A DNA stretch of 57,675 bases, filler included, from Sphacelaria rigidula (taxonomy: Eukaryota), in NCBI GenBank assembly GCA_964200075.2. It is 8 parts of 8 records of this genome, joined end to end, with 100 filler letters (N's around TTAATTAATTAA, not from the genome) between each part and the next. Parts side by side here need not be neighbours in the genome. Positions count along the whole stretch, not along the records: positions 21,669 to 28,790 come from CAXNAA020016378.1; positions 28,891 to 36,012 come from CAXNAA020016379.1; 6 more parts are not named here. One strand, given 5' to 3'. How positions within the stretch are numbered: the first letter of the stretch is position 1; each line of letters opens with the position of its first letter. The notes beneath the pieces are model-generated. The model ran no database searches, was not told the origin of the DNA, and saw nothing but the letters and a program-made list of their open reading frames with translations. Below are positions 24,171 to 36,012 of the stretch, in pieces. The translations under genes were made by a program, and so were the position numbers.

Positions 24171-25144
24171 GATTATTGGTTCGATATACCTCGTACAACA
24201 TCTTGAACTCGCCACGGCCACAGCCGTTATACTGCAGTACTGTAAATAATGACGGATCGTGAACGCTGCCTGTTCTTCGCACTTGTTCGGATTTAAACGA
24301 TGCATCGTCGGACACAAAGCAACAGTGACACCTGTGAAACTGTGTAGGCAGTGTATACCGCAGTACAGACAAACAACTGCACACCCTGTGCAACATCTAC
24401 AGCTACTAAAACCTAACGGGTAACTCGCACCCGAACCTACCCGTGAACCCGAAAGCCCCGGGCAAAAAACTGCCTTGTTCTACCACCCATGTTGCGAGAT
24501 TTTTGCATCTTCGTCTTTCTCGGCAAGTAAGACCCTGCACTCCAGAGAGAATATACATCAGCGAATATGTAACGAGAGCTCTAATGGCACAACATCTAGC
24601 GATTTAGCTATCGCAGTACGCAGTACTCGAAGAATAAAGAGCACTGACGTTGAATAATTCATCAGCGGGGGTGTTATACTCTGTCACCCAAGTGTTGCGT
24701 TCACGCCTTTCCCCAACGTTGAAATATCGATGCCCCACCGTTTGTACTGCGCCATAGTTCAAGTCTGTTCCAGAACAAGATTCGGCAGTACGGAAATCGG
24801 TGAAACTCGGAGCAGACAGAGCAACAGAGGGTGGGTTACTACATACGGAAGGGTGGGCATAGATCCCGAGAGTTTCAGATCAATTCCTCAACCCCGCCAT
24901 AACTCGCCCCTCTGAGTCCGTGCAGTGCCGTGCACCGGAGACATACTCGGGTGAAAAATAGTGTCCCCGCCAAGTTGAACGCCAGGGATTGAGAAGGAAC
25001 AGCGACAGCTGCGGATCTGGATCGAACTCTTACCGTGCAGCGCGCAGCACAGCGATACAAAGCAACCAATTCTATATAGCAATGCCAAATCAACATAATC
25101 ATGTGTGAGAGATGTGATTAAATTCACCCTACGACTGCACACAC

Positions 25145-25267
25145 CAGCATTATCCCCGACAGCCCGCTGAGCACATTCCGGATGTACAAGGGGTCGTCTT
25201 GCTTCGTGAGGAAGTCACCCCACATCTCCCGCACATCCGGCCTCGAGTCCATCATTGCACCGTAGCC
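25145..25267 (-). CDS. Internal exon of an unidentified host gene
   Basis: Polypyrimidine-CAG acceptor, GTGTGT donor, 123 bp phase 0-0, GC3-rich: GYGAMMDSRPDVREMWGDFLTKQDDPLYIRNVLSGLSGIML. Confidence 0.55.
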
Positions 25268-26539
25268 CTGAAGACGGAAGAAATCGCAATAGAAGCTGCG
25301 ATGACAGCAACCAGGCCTTCGAAACTTCAGGTGGATATGACACGTGCCCAGCACGAGCTCAGGTTGCCGCGAAAGCCATGATCAGTCCGACGTTTGTAGC
25401 AGCATTGCGACCACGGGACTTGATATTTTTGTTACATGTGACATGGTGAAAAATATAATTACCATGTCAAGAAAGGATACGAAGAAGTTGGTTTACTTGT
25501 TATGTTCTAGATTCATGTGCTATCCTTCTCCATTTATGCCCTCGACTCTGTAATATTAAAACACGATCGTCTTAGACGTGCCCTGTTGGTACTACTTGCA
25601 AAGCAGGGCGTATTTCTGCAAAAATCTGACACACAAAAACATGAAAAAAAAACCCTTGATCTCGACAGCCCGAGTAGTACTACAGTAGTAGTGGGCGGTC
25701 TAAAATTAATCATTTTTCATTTTATGCCATTTTATGATTTTTCGTAGTTGGCGATGTTCTCAGGCTCTTTTCGCTTGTCACCGCATGTTACATCGGGGAT
25801 GTGAATATTATTGTATCCGCTCCACAGTCAAAGAAAAAAAAACATCTGTACTTGATATTGAGTGACTTACGGGCTGACCGGTCATCGAGGGTACTGTCAC
25901 GTTTCAGCCCAGATTCCCACTCTTCGGTATTTTCGGTCGATCGAACCTGTCCTGATCATAATTTGTGAAGAAATGTTCAGTTTTTGCCTACTCATTATAC
26001 GAGGGCCGAAAAACTATGTGTTTCACGGGCAACAACACCCTCCTGATGAATGCGGTATTTACTCGTTTCGCCCGACAACACCAATTGACACTGACGTGGG
26101 CACTGTATTTCGAGAATGATCTGTTTATTGTACCAACACCTACCGACGCTAGGAATTTCGAGTTTTATCGACGAGTAGTACGCGAGGAAAAGCGAAGAAC
26201 ACCCCTAAATAGTTAGACCGCCCACTACTGTAGTGTAGGTCTATCTCGTCGGAGGATACACCGATGTGTGCAAAATCATAATTCTGCACATTCCCCCCCC
26301 ACGCTCCCCACCCCTGGCCGACCGGACAAAATATTCCCGGTCTCCTTCTATTCTAGAATTATCAGGACCTGTTGACGAATTTGACGACTTGACAGCTTGT
26401 TGTGGTAGCATCTGTCGTGACAAGATGCAACCCCTTGTGGTCGATTGTGGTAATATGCATTATCACAACGCATGACGGCGTTCCCGATCTAGAGTGCCGC
26501 ACAGCAAAATTGCTTGCTTGTAAACATGCTGGGGGTCAC

Positions 26540-26613
26540 CTGATTGGCATTGATTCCACTTGAAAAGCATGCATGATGCAGATGGACTACCCTCCTCGCG
26601 GTCTAAGGGTTAT
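26540..26613. mobile_element. piggyBac-type mini-MITE end (9663/11405 family)
   Basis: CCTCGCGGTCTAAGGGTTA terminus; upstream is reverse-homologous to 11420-11475. Confidence 0.55.
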
Positions 26614-26842
26614 CACTAGGGCTGTGACTGCCGGCTCTGGTGAGTTTAAATTTGAAAGTGATCGCGCCAGTTTAACTGGGAACTCATCGATGAACTATTC
26701 GGGAACCCTCCCCTTCTGTCGCCAGGCCAGACTCCTCATTATTTCAAGCCTGACAAATGACAACGAAGAAGAGATGAGAAACAGAAAATACCGACGGCAA
26801 CCTTTTTGACCTCAAAAGCCTACAGAAGAATCCATCAGCGAA

Positions 26843-27184
26843 CGTCATGCGCGCATCGAAGATGCTTCTCCGATGCGGTCGGAGTAGCTTGGTCCAATAG
26901 AGAGGACCAGTATGACAGAGTTTCGGAAAACGCTTTTTTGTCATTTCAGAGTGGAAATATCTCAGGATCAGAGTGCAGAATAAAAAAAAAACTCATCGAA
27001 AAAAAGTTAAAGGGCTACCCAAGGGCTACTACATTTGGCGGAAGGAAAAATAATTTTTCGTTACACTCTGATCCTGAGATATTTGCACTTTGAAATGAAG
27101 AAAAAAAAACGTTTTCCGAAACTCTCCAACAACCGACTCTCAAAAATGGGATCGAATAAAAAAATGAGGTTCGAACGGCATGAC
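26843..27184. mobile_element. Inverted-repeat MITE
   Basis: 26915-26990 (GAGTTTCGGAAAACG...ATATCTCAGGATCAGAGTG) is inverted at 27048-27126; outer limits approximate. Confidence 0.6.
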
Positions 27185-27489
27185 TCTTCCGCAGGAATGG
27201 TGCCAAACAGTTACACCGGGGGAAACCATCTTTCACCCAAGACAATCTGCAGCAGATTAGTAGGTGTGGATAGGTGCACGGAGCGAATGCGGTGTACACG
27301 CGTGCCGATGACGATATCACCGCAGGAGTAACGGCGGAGAGGAAGCTCCTCGTCCGTGTCCTTTGTGTGTCCTCGTTCGGCGGTTCCCAATCGCTCGAGA
27401 AAATGGCATCATGTTACCAGCACATACCCAATTTGCCATGTGCCGACAGGCGGAATAATATTGCTGCACAGCCCCCGAAAGAACGTCGA

Positions 27490-27645
27490 GGTGCCGAGGC
27501 GTGCCGTCTCTCCATGTCCATGGCGCTGATCAATGCGAGGATCGAATCTTCTCTGCCCCTCTTCTTGGACAGGGCGCGCCTCTGTGTGCTGCAGACCATG
27601 ACGTTGAAAAGCAGGGCGATGTTCGCGTCACCGCTACTGCTCTCT
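27490..27645 (-). CDS. Candidate exon of an unidentified gene
   Basis: GC3-rich frame ESSSGDANIALLFNVMVCSTQRRALSKKRGREDSILALISAMDMERRHA after a CAG; donor not resolved. Confidence 0.35.
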
Positions 27646-27805
27646 GTCACACACATGCCAGCAAGGGTGGTGTTGCAGCAATAACAGATCCAACCGCAAC
27701 TCGGGGAGTGTTATTCATCGTTGATTTACCCGACATGTGTACCTATACGTGCGCAACAAGGACAGGATCGTGCCACACGCCAGGTGGGGGGATGTATGCG
27801 AGATC

Positions 27806-28535
27806 TGTGACGAAATTATGCCGTTACGTTGAGTTGGTAGTCATGATCTGGATAATGACCGGGGACACGGGGATGATACCCTAACGGGTCTATGAGGCTG
27901 TGCTTGCGAGGGCACTCTGGATAATGAAATGTTGTCAAGGCTGACAACGGAAGCTGAGGCCAGTGCGACTGGGGAGTCCCTCAAACAGCAGTGATCCAGC
28001 AGATCTTCTTCTGGCTGGCGTCACATTATCGATGTTAGTGCTAGTACCTAATGGAACGTGCTGGAAGAATTTCTGCGGAAGAGTCTGGAGGCTGGGGACA
28101 ACCTGATTCACCACAGACGCGTGGAGGGGATTCAAGCTGAGGTAGCTGCAGAAAGGTGGCTGGCCGGTGATTGATCCAAACTGGAGACTTGCTAAAGGTG
28201 CGTGCAGCGGGAGTTTGGAGGCTCCTACGACTGTATGGTGCGGTGACGTAGGATGGGTGAAGTGTGCAATTCGCGACGGTCCGCTGGCCCGCGGAAGCTT
28301 CGCAGGTAGCCGGCTGCTGCTATGGCGACCGGCTCGCGTACTGCGTCCAGCGTGACGCCCGTGGTTTTACGGGAAGAGCTGCGACCTCCCCAATACGGGG
28401 ATAGGTACTCCGAGAGTACATCTCGTACTTTCTACACCAAGTACTTGGAGTACAAGAAGCGTGTGGAGCAAGCTAACCCAGGGGGTGCTATGCGGCATCA
28501 GGTGGTGTCGATGGCTCAACAAGTGCCAACGCATA
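27806..28535 (+). mobile_element. Ty3/Gypsy 5' LTR (internally shortened) and gag N-terminus; same family as 45515
   Basis: TGTGACG start homologous to 45515; LTR end near 28115; MATGSRTASSVTPVVLREELRPPQYGDRYS matches the gag at 46298. Confidence 0.8.
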
Positions 28536-28574
28536 GAGTTTCACACGCGACCATTTGGCTACCCCCCAAAAGGC

Positions 28575-28790
28575 CTCCGGAGGGATGCGCGGCCCTCCAG
28601 AGGGAAAACAAGCCTCCGGAGGCCTTCAATCCCTCTGAAGGAAACCAAACACTACCGACCTGTAGGGCCGCGCACCCCTCCAGAGGAAATTGGGGGTATG
28701 CGCGGCCCTCCAGAGGCAAAAATAAGCCTCCGGAGGCGTTTAATCCCTCTGGAGAAAACAAAACAATGTCCTCTAGAGGGCCGCGCACCC
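28575..28790. repeat. ~108-bp tandem repeat interrupting gag
   Basis: Two units ATGCGCGGCCCTCCAGAGG...GGGCCGCGCACCC. Confidence 0.8.
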
Positions 28791-28959
28791 NNNNNNNNNN
28801 NNNNNNNNNNNNNNNNNNNNNNNNNNNNNNNNNNTTAATTAATTAANNNNNNNNNNNNNNNNNNNNNNNNNNNNNNNNNNNNNNNNNNNNCATATGACTA
28901 TGGCATGCATGATCATGAATACATCCACGGCATCTAGGGTTGAGATATGTACTCTGATG

Positions 28960-29977
28960 AATATGATCGTGTTAATGCAAGCATATACTGTGATGGATAT
29001 ACAGGACAAGAATGGGAAGGGACCGCGAGGTTCGTGAAGCAGCTAGGAACAGTACAGATGACAGCAGCTACAATGAGCAAATACTTGGGATGCTCAAAAA
29101 CGGCGAGTAATACAGCATCGAGAGAATAGCTGGGAATGTACCCACTTACCTCAAGACAACTAGAGACACGAGGAAATTGAAATGACGGCATGCTGTAAGG
29201 AAGAAACCAAAAAAGAGGTTGCCCGTCATAATTGATATGGCTGTAGGTAAGAAAGAGACGAAAGGGCGGGCTAGAACAGGGTGGGATAACGTAGTCGAGG
29301 AAACTATGTAAGGGTATGGGAGGAGCCAAGAAGCCACAATATTCATAGATGGAGGTTGGGGGTACAAGACGAAAGCAAGATACGTGATAGAAGTAAGGGA
29401 AAGCAAGCTCTAACACGGAAGTGGACAAGGAGGAGTACCTGAAGATATATGGGAGGTTGAGAGAAGAGCTGTGGATGAAAATATATTTGCACGGTCCAAT
29501 AAACTAGGCGAAAAAGATGGTTTGGGATGGGGGTCCTGGACCTTACAGAAAGGAAAAGGAGGTATACTAGTCGTCGCGTTGAGGGGGAAGTAAATGCACC
29601 GAATTGCCCCTCCGGCAAAGCGATGGAACATAACTGATATAGTGGGGAAAAGTGAGCTACACATGGAGCAAAGGGATGAGTTAGAGGGGGATAATACGTG
29701 GGAACTAAATGAACGCGACATGAAATCGTTTGGTACCGTAGATGGTGGTGAGAAAACAATCGCCATTGTAGGAGACAGATGGCGGCCACAGAGGGCGAAA
29801 CACAACGGGAATAAGATGTGTAACACGTTTTAGTGCAATGCATGGAAAAAGATTGACGAGCGCAAGCATCTTGGAGGTGTCTTATCTGTTAGGAGTTAGA
29901 ACGGCACGCCGTCTCGAGAGGGATACGCGATCAATGGTCAAATGATTGAGGCAAGCAACAAATGAGTCCGCCCCCCT
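28960..29977 (+). mobile_element. Degenerate LINE 3' portion, same poly(C) family
   Basis: GQEWEGTARFVKQLGTVQMTAA...VGDRWRPQRAK...GCAAGCAACAAATGAGTCCG-C-run. Confidence 0.85.
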
Positions 29978-30112
29978 GTTTCACACACACAGCAGACATA
30001 AAAACGCCAACGTTTATGGAAGCGCGGTGCTACGGACGATGTACAACTGGACGCGCGTTGAAAGCGAAGAAGTTCTTGTTGGGTGAAGAACGCGAAGTTA
30101 TTTCCGAATATA

Positions 30113-30534
30113 ACAGCCTGGATCCGTTTTTGAGGTTCGACATGTGGGTGAGGTTCAACTCGAAAACAGTGCTTCCCCTGACCTAAAGTCATGATCAATG
30201 AATTTCATGTGGACGACCTCAGGTCCCCCGACGTCCTTAGAACTATTTTCGGGGATTGCCCGCCTTCCGTGCCCCCAAAGCGTATCTGCGAAAGCACCTT
30301 TTTGCCTTGATATCGGGGCGAAAAAGGGGACGATTTTAGCCCTAAATTGACGCTTTCGCATATACGCTTTGGGGGCACGGAAGGCGGGCAACCCCCAAAA
30401 ATAGTTGTAAGGAGGTCGGGGGGCATGAGGTCGTCTACATGAAAATAATTGGTCATGACTTTGGGTCAGGGAAAGCACTCTTTTCGAGTTGAACCTCACC
30501 CAAATGTTGAACCTCAGAAACGGATTCAGGCTGT
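30113..30534. mobile_element. Near-perfect palindromic MITE, TA flanks
   Basis: ~185-bp arms ACAGCCTGGATCCGTTTTTGAGGTTC / GAACCTCAGAAACGGATTCAGGCTGT; related fragment at 57600-57650. Confidence 0.85.
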
Positions 30535-30609
30535 TATATGAACCGTAAAACCGGAACTTGGGCTTATCGTTGGGCGACTCGGAAACAGTTATCGATTGTC
30601 CGATCTCAC

Positions 30610-33600
30610 CTTCGTGGGGGCGATGATGCTATTGCCAAGGAAACCCTTGACGCGCGTCTCGAGGCAGGGGTGGAAGGCTTAGAGGAAGAGGCGAACATGC
30701 TGCGACGACTAAGAAACGTAGTGAGTTTTGGGATAGAGGGCGGAATGCAGAAATGCATGTTACGATAATCTTCGACTCTCCTTTCACCTTCATCGCACAA
30801 TAGCCCGTAACGAAGGTTTTGGTGCATGTAAATAGCAACAAAAGGATAACGGCCAAACGCAACAGCCTGAATTTTAATGTTTGATCCACGTCAACACTTG
30901 ACGTGTCGGCGTTGTGACAAGTAGTAGAAGTGCGTACCGCGCTCGTTCGCTGCCTTTCAAGACCCGCCGGTGCCTGGACAGATGCACTCAAACGCGATTC
31001 AATAAAATCGCACCCAGAGTCTATAATGGCGATCAGACGAAATCATGTGACACTTTGTGCTAGTGCGACTTAAGACGGAAAAGATTATCGAGATATTTTT
31101 CCACGAAAAATAAGCCTGTGACACTGGAGGAGCTGGCGTGGAACGCGCTGGGAGGAGATCGTGCTTGACTCGTTCTTCAGCATTTGAAACCGTCATTCTG
31201 TGCTCAGAAAAAGATGCAATTCTCCAAGGTTGTGTTCCGTAGGGCATACCGGCTGAAATTATTCATAGGATGTTAAAACAAGTATATAACCGATATTTTC
31301 TTGGTAGATGCCCTTCGGAACGATTTCGGATTGATCGGAGGAAGTCTCGACACCCTGCCGGGCCACACCGGAAAGGTCGGTACGCATTTCGGTATGGTCT
31401 AGTGTGCGAACCGAAAATCCCCCACTTCCGGGTATATACCCTTTCTAGGCAAAACACAACCTTGCAATGTCAACGTTTCCCAGAAAATACCGTACACCTC
31501 GAGGCAAAAAAGAGAGTCCAGTGAGGCAATACTCAGGAACGTGCCTGACGTACAGAAAAATACTACCGTTACTGTATATCCGGTGCTGTGGAAGCAGTCA
31601 AAATATACACAGCCTATGTCGAATTCAGAAATAACGTCGTCTCGTCACACCTCGGCAATGGGGATGTCGGTGCAGAATGCGCAGAACCAGGGCGGGCTAC
31701 GGTGGACCTCCGGCGTTCCGAAGTTTTCTCGCTCGCGTCCGTCACCGCTGAACGAGGCCTCTGAAGGCTTTTGACACCGACGCTGCCACCTGCAACTGCG
31801 CGGTCGATGGGCAAAATAGACCAGTTGTAAATTTACCGTTGGGCCCTCTTAACCCGGGACTCGGCCAGCACAACGTCTCCTGGATGGAGTGCTTTTGGGA
31901 GAAACGCTGGACGACTCACCTCCACCAAAGACCAGTGATGATGACGGAGGCTGCACTCCAGCAACAGCAATGGCTGCGGCCATCTCTAGGGTACGCGCTT
32001 CCTTTCCGCCGTCGGTCAGTTCTTCCGATTCAGGCTCGGAGGATCCACAGGTGTCACGATCGCCCGCAGCAGGTATTTCAGCTGCTGTGCCTGGTCGGGA
32101 TAATGCTAGTAGATCGTCTGCTGCTGCTCGGCCGCTGTCGCGTATGGAGCCCACGCGCGCAGCGTGACGCGCGCGCTGTCGCTTGGCCAAGCGCGTCCTG
32201 ACTTGGCTCTGAATCTTGATTGCAGAGTCGTGTTTCGTCTGAAAAACATTTTTTTCGCGAAAATATCTCGTCATTAGCTTCTGTACTGCTTTAGGCAGCG
32301 TCTTTGCCGTGTGCGGTCATGTCGGTGCCAGTAGCAGTAAACTAGTAGACTCGGCGAGAGTGTCCGTCGTAGTTGAACGGCAATAGAACCCGGGTGGTGC
32401 TGATTTTAGGTTCGACGGAACTTTGCTTTGGTGGTGTACAGTACCTTGCTTCCAGCGCTGTGTTCCGCTTTGGGGTACTGGAAGCACGGACGTATCCTAA
32501 CACCTCCAAAATCAGTGGCAAATGAGTCACTGAAATAGATGTAGCTCAGCCAAGCGATATCCTCGATGAAGTTCCGGTGGTGAGGGTAGCGCTGCTTGCC
32601 TTCTGGAAATGTACACGCATGTATCGGCGTCTTCTCATATCTTTTAACGTATACAGGCCTTCAATACAAACTAGCTGCGCTCTTGTGTGAAGTCAACTAC
32701 AACCGTCCCCAAAACATTCAAGGAAAGAGAGAGGTTTACCGGGTTTCCGAGCGCTTGCTTGGTGACAACACGACGATGTTTCAATGCCGACGAGTGAGCA
32801 TGCATTTTGTGTGCAGTGCTAGCTTCTCGAGTACACTCGCTTTCGCGAGAGTGAAGCAGCCATGACCAATATCTCAAACAACCAATCGCGCGCATCACGG
32901 GCTCATTTCCCCACTGTTGATCTCGCCCGGTGTTTTGACACAATGTTCATCCCGGCGAAGCCGGACTCACCTTCTTCCTGGCTCGAGCACTCGCCGCTTC
33001 GTCCATTTCACGCCGCTCAAGCCGCCGACGATTGGCTTCCGCTCGCGCGACAGCACCTCTGCGCGCCGATTGAATCGTACAAGCTGCGCCGTGGGCGCTT
33101 GGGCCGGAGGCGCATGATGCCGCCATCCCGCCTCCCTCCGCTGCTTCTCCTCGTGCACCGCCATTCGCTGTTTCCCATACCTGCACCGTTCGACGATGGG
33201 GAGTGGCGAAGACACAATGCTCACAACATCCCCGGGTCGTGCTAGGGGGAGCACGGAAGCTGCTTCCCCACCTTGTCCCATTGGCTGTTGTCTTCTTCCC
33301 GTGGTCCAAAGCGTTAGCGACGTTCCCTGTTATAGCTGCGTTCCCTGTCCTTGTTCTTGTTCCTTCTGGGCCATTTTGTTTTCCTTTTTTGGCTACTCAT
33401 TTCAGTCCGTTTTGTTGTTTTTGGTTTGTTCGTTTTCGTTACTTTTTTTTCAAATATTACTATCTCTCTTCTTTTGGTTTTGCTGTTCTGTTCGTTTGTG
33501 CTTCTGTACTCTACTTGTGTTGTGTTTTATTTTCTTTGTTTCATTTGTTTCCTTTTCCTCGACTTTTGTCTTTTGCCGTTGTATCTCTGCTTGTGCATGT

Positions 33601-35663
33601 TTGCTCTCGTGTTTCTATTCGCTTTGCTTTGTTTTGTTTGCTTTATTTGGTTCGTGTTCGTTCGTTCGTTCGTTCGTTTGTTTGTTTGTTTCCTTGCCCG
33701 ACCCCCTTTCCTGAGTCCATGCAGCAAGGGTCCCTCGAGGACATTTCTCGGAACCGATGCTAGGTTAAAGCCTGACGTTTCTACTCGTTTGAATCTTTCC
33801 TTTTGTCCATTCCTTCTTTTTTCCGCCATGCGACACTTTGTACGACAGCCCCCCCTCCCAAACCAGTCCAAACGTGTCACGAAAAAAATGGTCATACCGC
33901 GCCTGATGTTTGGGTTTAGGCTGCATGAAGCGCCTCATATTGGCGACATTAACGAGAACGAACCCAAGCATGGGAATTCCCAGCTGCTCGCTGTGCTCGG
34001 CTTTTTTTATCCCGATTTACGTGGAGATTTTGCCTCACCAAATCACGCACTTTTTTGGGAGGGGGCTATGGTACAAAGTGTCATACTCTTGATTTTCCTT
34101 TTTCTCGGTTTGCTCTCCTTGTTATATCCCTTCTTTTCCAATCGTTTCTCACTTTTTTCTCGACTTCTGCTTTGACGAGTAGTCACCTTGGATACGCATA
34201 TCTAATGACTGGTAATGACGGCCGGATTGGAGACGGGTCGGTAAGTGGGCGACATCGATAATTGAATGGATGGATGAATAAATGAATGGATCAACTAATC
34301 AACCAACCAACCAGTCGATCAATCAATTGATCAATCGATCAACCACAACATGCCAGCGCTAGCTTTGCTTGTTTCGTGTGTACAACGGCCGATGTTTTTT
34401 TAACCCGCCCTACCATATCGCTGCTACCTAGTCCTTATATTTTTCCGAAAAGGTTGGGCTTGTACAACCACCACCGACGATGACTGGGCATTTTTTTCAG
34501 AGAGTTTAATTTCCCGGAGAATTCTACAAAAATACACACACCTGGATGGAAACTCTATGAGAAAGCGCTGCATTACGGGCGTTTTACGAAGACGATAATC
34601 TCGAAGATCGCCTCGCAATAACGACAAAAGAAGGTGCTTCCTAGGGTAGGACTCGCGGAGATGTATCAAATGACGCGACCTTTTCGTCGTCGACATCGCG
34701 GTAGGTTTTGTCGGCAATCGCATTCGAAAAACGTTTGCATCACGATGCACTGCAACGCGTTTTGGGGGTATACCCCCATGCCCAACCGCCCTCCGGTGGT
34801 TTCAAGGACTGCCTACCTGCGCCCGTCTGGCTTCTTCTGCTGCACGTATACTTCTGCGCCTGCTCGCTTCGGCCCTTGCACTCCTCCCTCTGCCGATGAC
34901 CTATTGGTTGTGTGTATTGTAATGGAAAATGACCATATGATATGGTGTAGACCAGTTGAGGGAACGTTGTGACGGGTGTATCATGGGCATGTTCATCCAC
35001 GTTTATGCACACCCGCCATAAAAAAAGGCTAGTTCAAGCGGTCCGCACATCCACACGTCACCCGCATCCTAGACGCAGCTTCCGCGCGAGTGGCCGCCTC
35101 ACTATCAAAATAAATAAAACCACCAGGACCCTTAAAGTCGTAGCGACGAAAAGCCCGAGCATGCCCCTCCAAATTTGGAAATTTCACTCGAGGCCACGTA
35201 ACGGCAGCGAATCATCATGAAATCAAGATTTCGCTGTGAGTGCCAGTCGTAGCGGGTTCTGTTCTGCTGTTCTCCTGAACAATAGACCACGTTCTATAAA
35301 ACTGCACGCTTTCAAGACAAATGGCCGAGAGAAAAACATTGCGGCGAGCTTAATGTGCTGCCCCTTTTCACATCGTCACCTGTATCTTTGTCGCAGCCTT
35401 CGTACGAGCAGCAATATCATTCTCTGCGTATCCTTCGGTCCCTTCCCCCCCCCCCTCTCCAGATATTTCCTCCACCGATCTACTAGTAGTGACGGCCCCA
35501 GAATCTTCCAGCAATAAAGACTGCGGCGACGCGTATGTGTTATTGCCCGACGATGCACCTGCCTCACAGTTTGGAGTCGTCAGATGAACCCGGGAGGGGG
35601 ATTGATTGTCAACGGATACATGCCTCTCGAAACCGTTCGACGTCCCCGCCCACTTATTTGTCC
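30610..35663 (-). CDS. Multi-exon IQ (calmodulin-binding) motif protein, partial (exons ~35663-35380, 34900-34817, 33180-32971, 32238-31920, 31789-31651, 31197-~31115, ~30975-30935, 30708-30610)
   Basis: Phase-consistent GT-AG junctions for the first six exon starts; IQ motifs AATKIQ|VIGRGRSAR, AACTIQSARRGAVAR, SAIKIQSQVRTRLAK; Ser/Arg/Pro-rich downstream; outermost exon limits uncertain. Confidence 0.7.
31225..31464. mobile_element. hAT-type MITE sharing TIRs with 23732-24170 (intronic)
   Basis: CAAGGTTGTGTTCCGTAGGG...AACACAACCTTG; weak TSD CAATTCTC/CAATGTCA. Confidence 0.65.
33340..33690. repeat. T-rich degenerate (GTTT/CGTT)n simple repeat
   Basis: Low-complexity tract ending TTCGTTCGTTCGTTTGTTTGTTT. 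Confidence 0.85.
33843..34070. mobile_element. MITE with TA TSD; inverted copy at ~52040-52267
   Basis: TA|CGACAGCCCCCCCTCCCAAA...TTTGGGAGGGGGCTATGG|TA; internal homology to 52040-52267. Confidence 0.75.
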
Positions 35664-35774
35664 CTGGAGGTTTTCACTCCCTGGATGATGCCAGTAGATA
35701 CATAGGCAAAATGTGTACTGAGTACAGTATGGAATCTATTGTTTCTTGCATTAGACACAACAGTCGATACTGAC

Positions 35775-36012
35775 TGCGTGTGTTTGTCGTCCCATCTATT
35801 CTGGACGCCGGTCTACACCTTTCGGTATATGTGGGCGCACCAGCCGGGGCCACACAGGAGGGAAGTCAATACAGGAGTTTTTCTCCTTTTTGTTTGTTTT
35901 TGGTCCTCCACCTTCCTTCTGCGGTACTTGCCTTTATTTTTTATCGCGAGAGAGGTCCAGCGGTCCCTTTCCCTCGTCGACTGTCAAGTCGAATTTTGTG
36001 TACCCACGACAT
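35775..36012 (-). mobile_element. SINE family 1, 3' part (head lost at scaffold end)
   Basis: Homologous to 6585-6830. Confidence 0.85.

Noticed and set aside
33196-34175. Hydrophobic F/C/L-rich ORFs as membrane proteins
   Set aside because: Translation of a T-rich simple repeat plus a MITE
18778-35663. Single minus-strand gene fusing IQ motifs to the SGO motif
   Set aside because: The parts lie on different unlinked scaffolds separated by two artificial spacers
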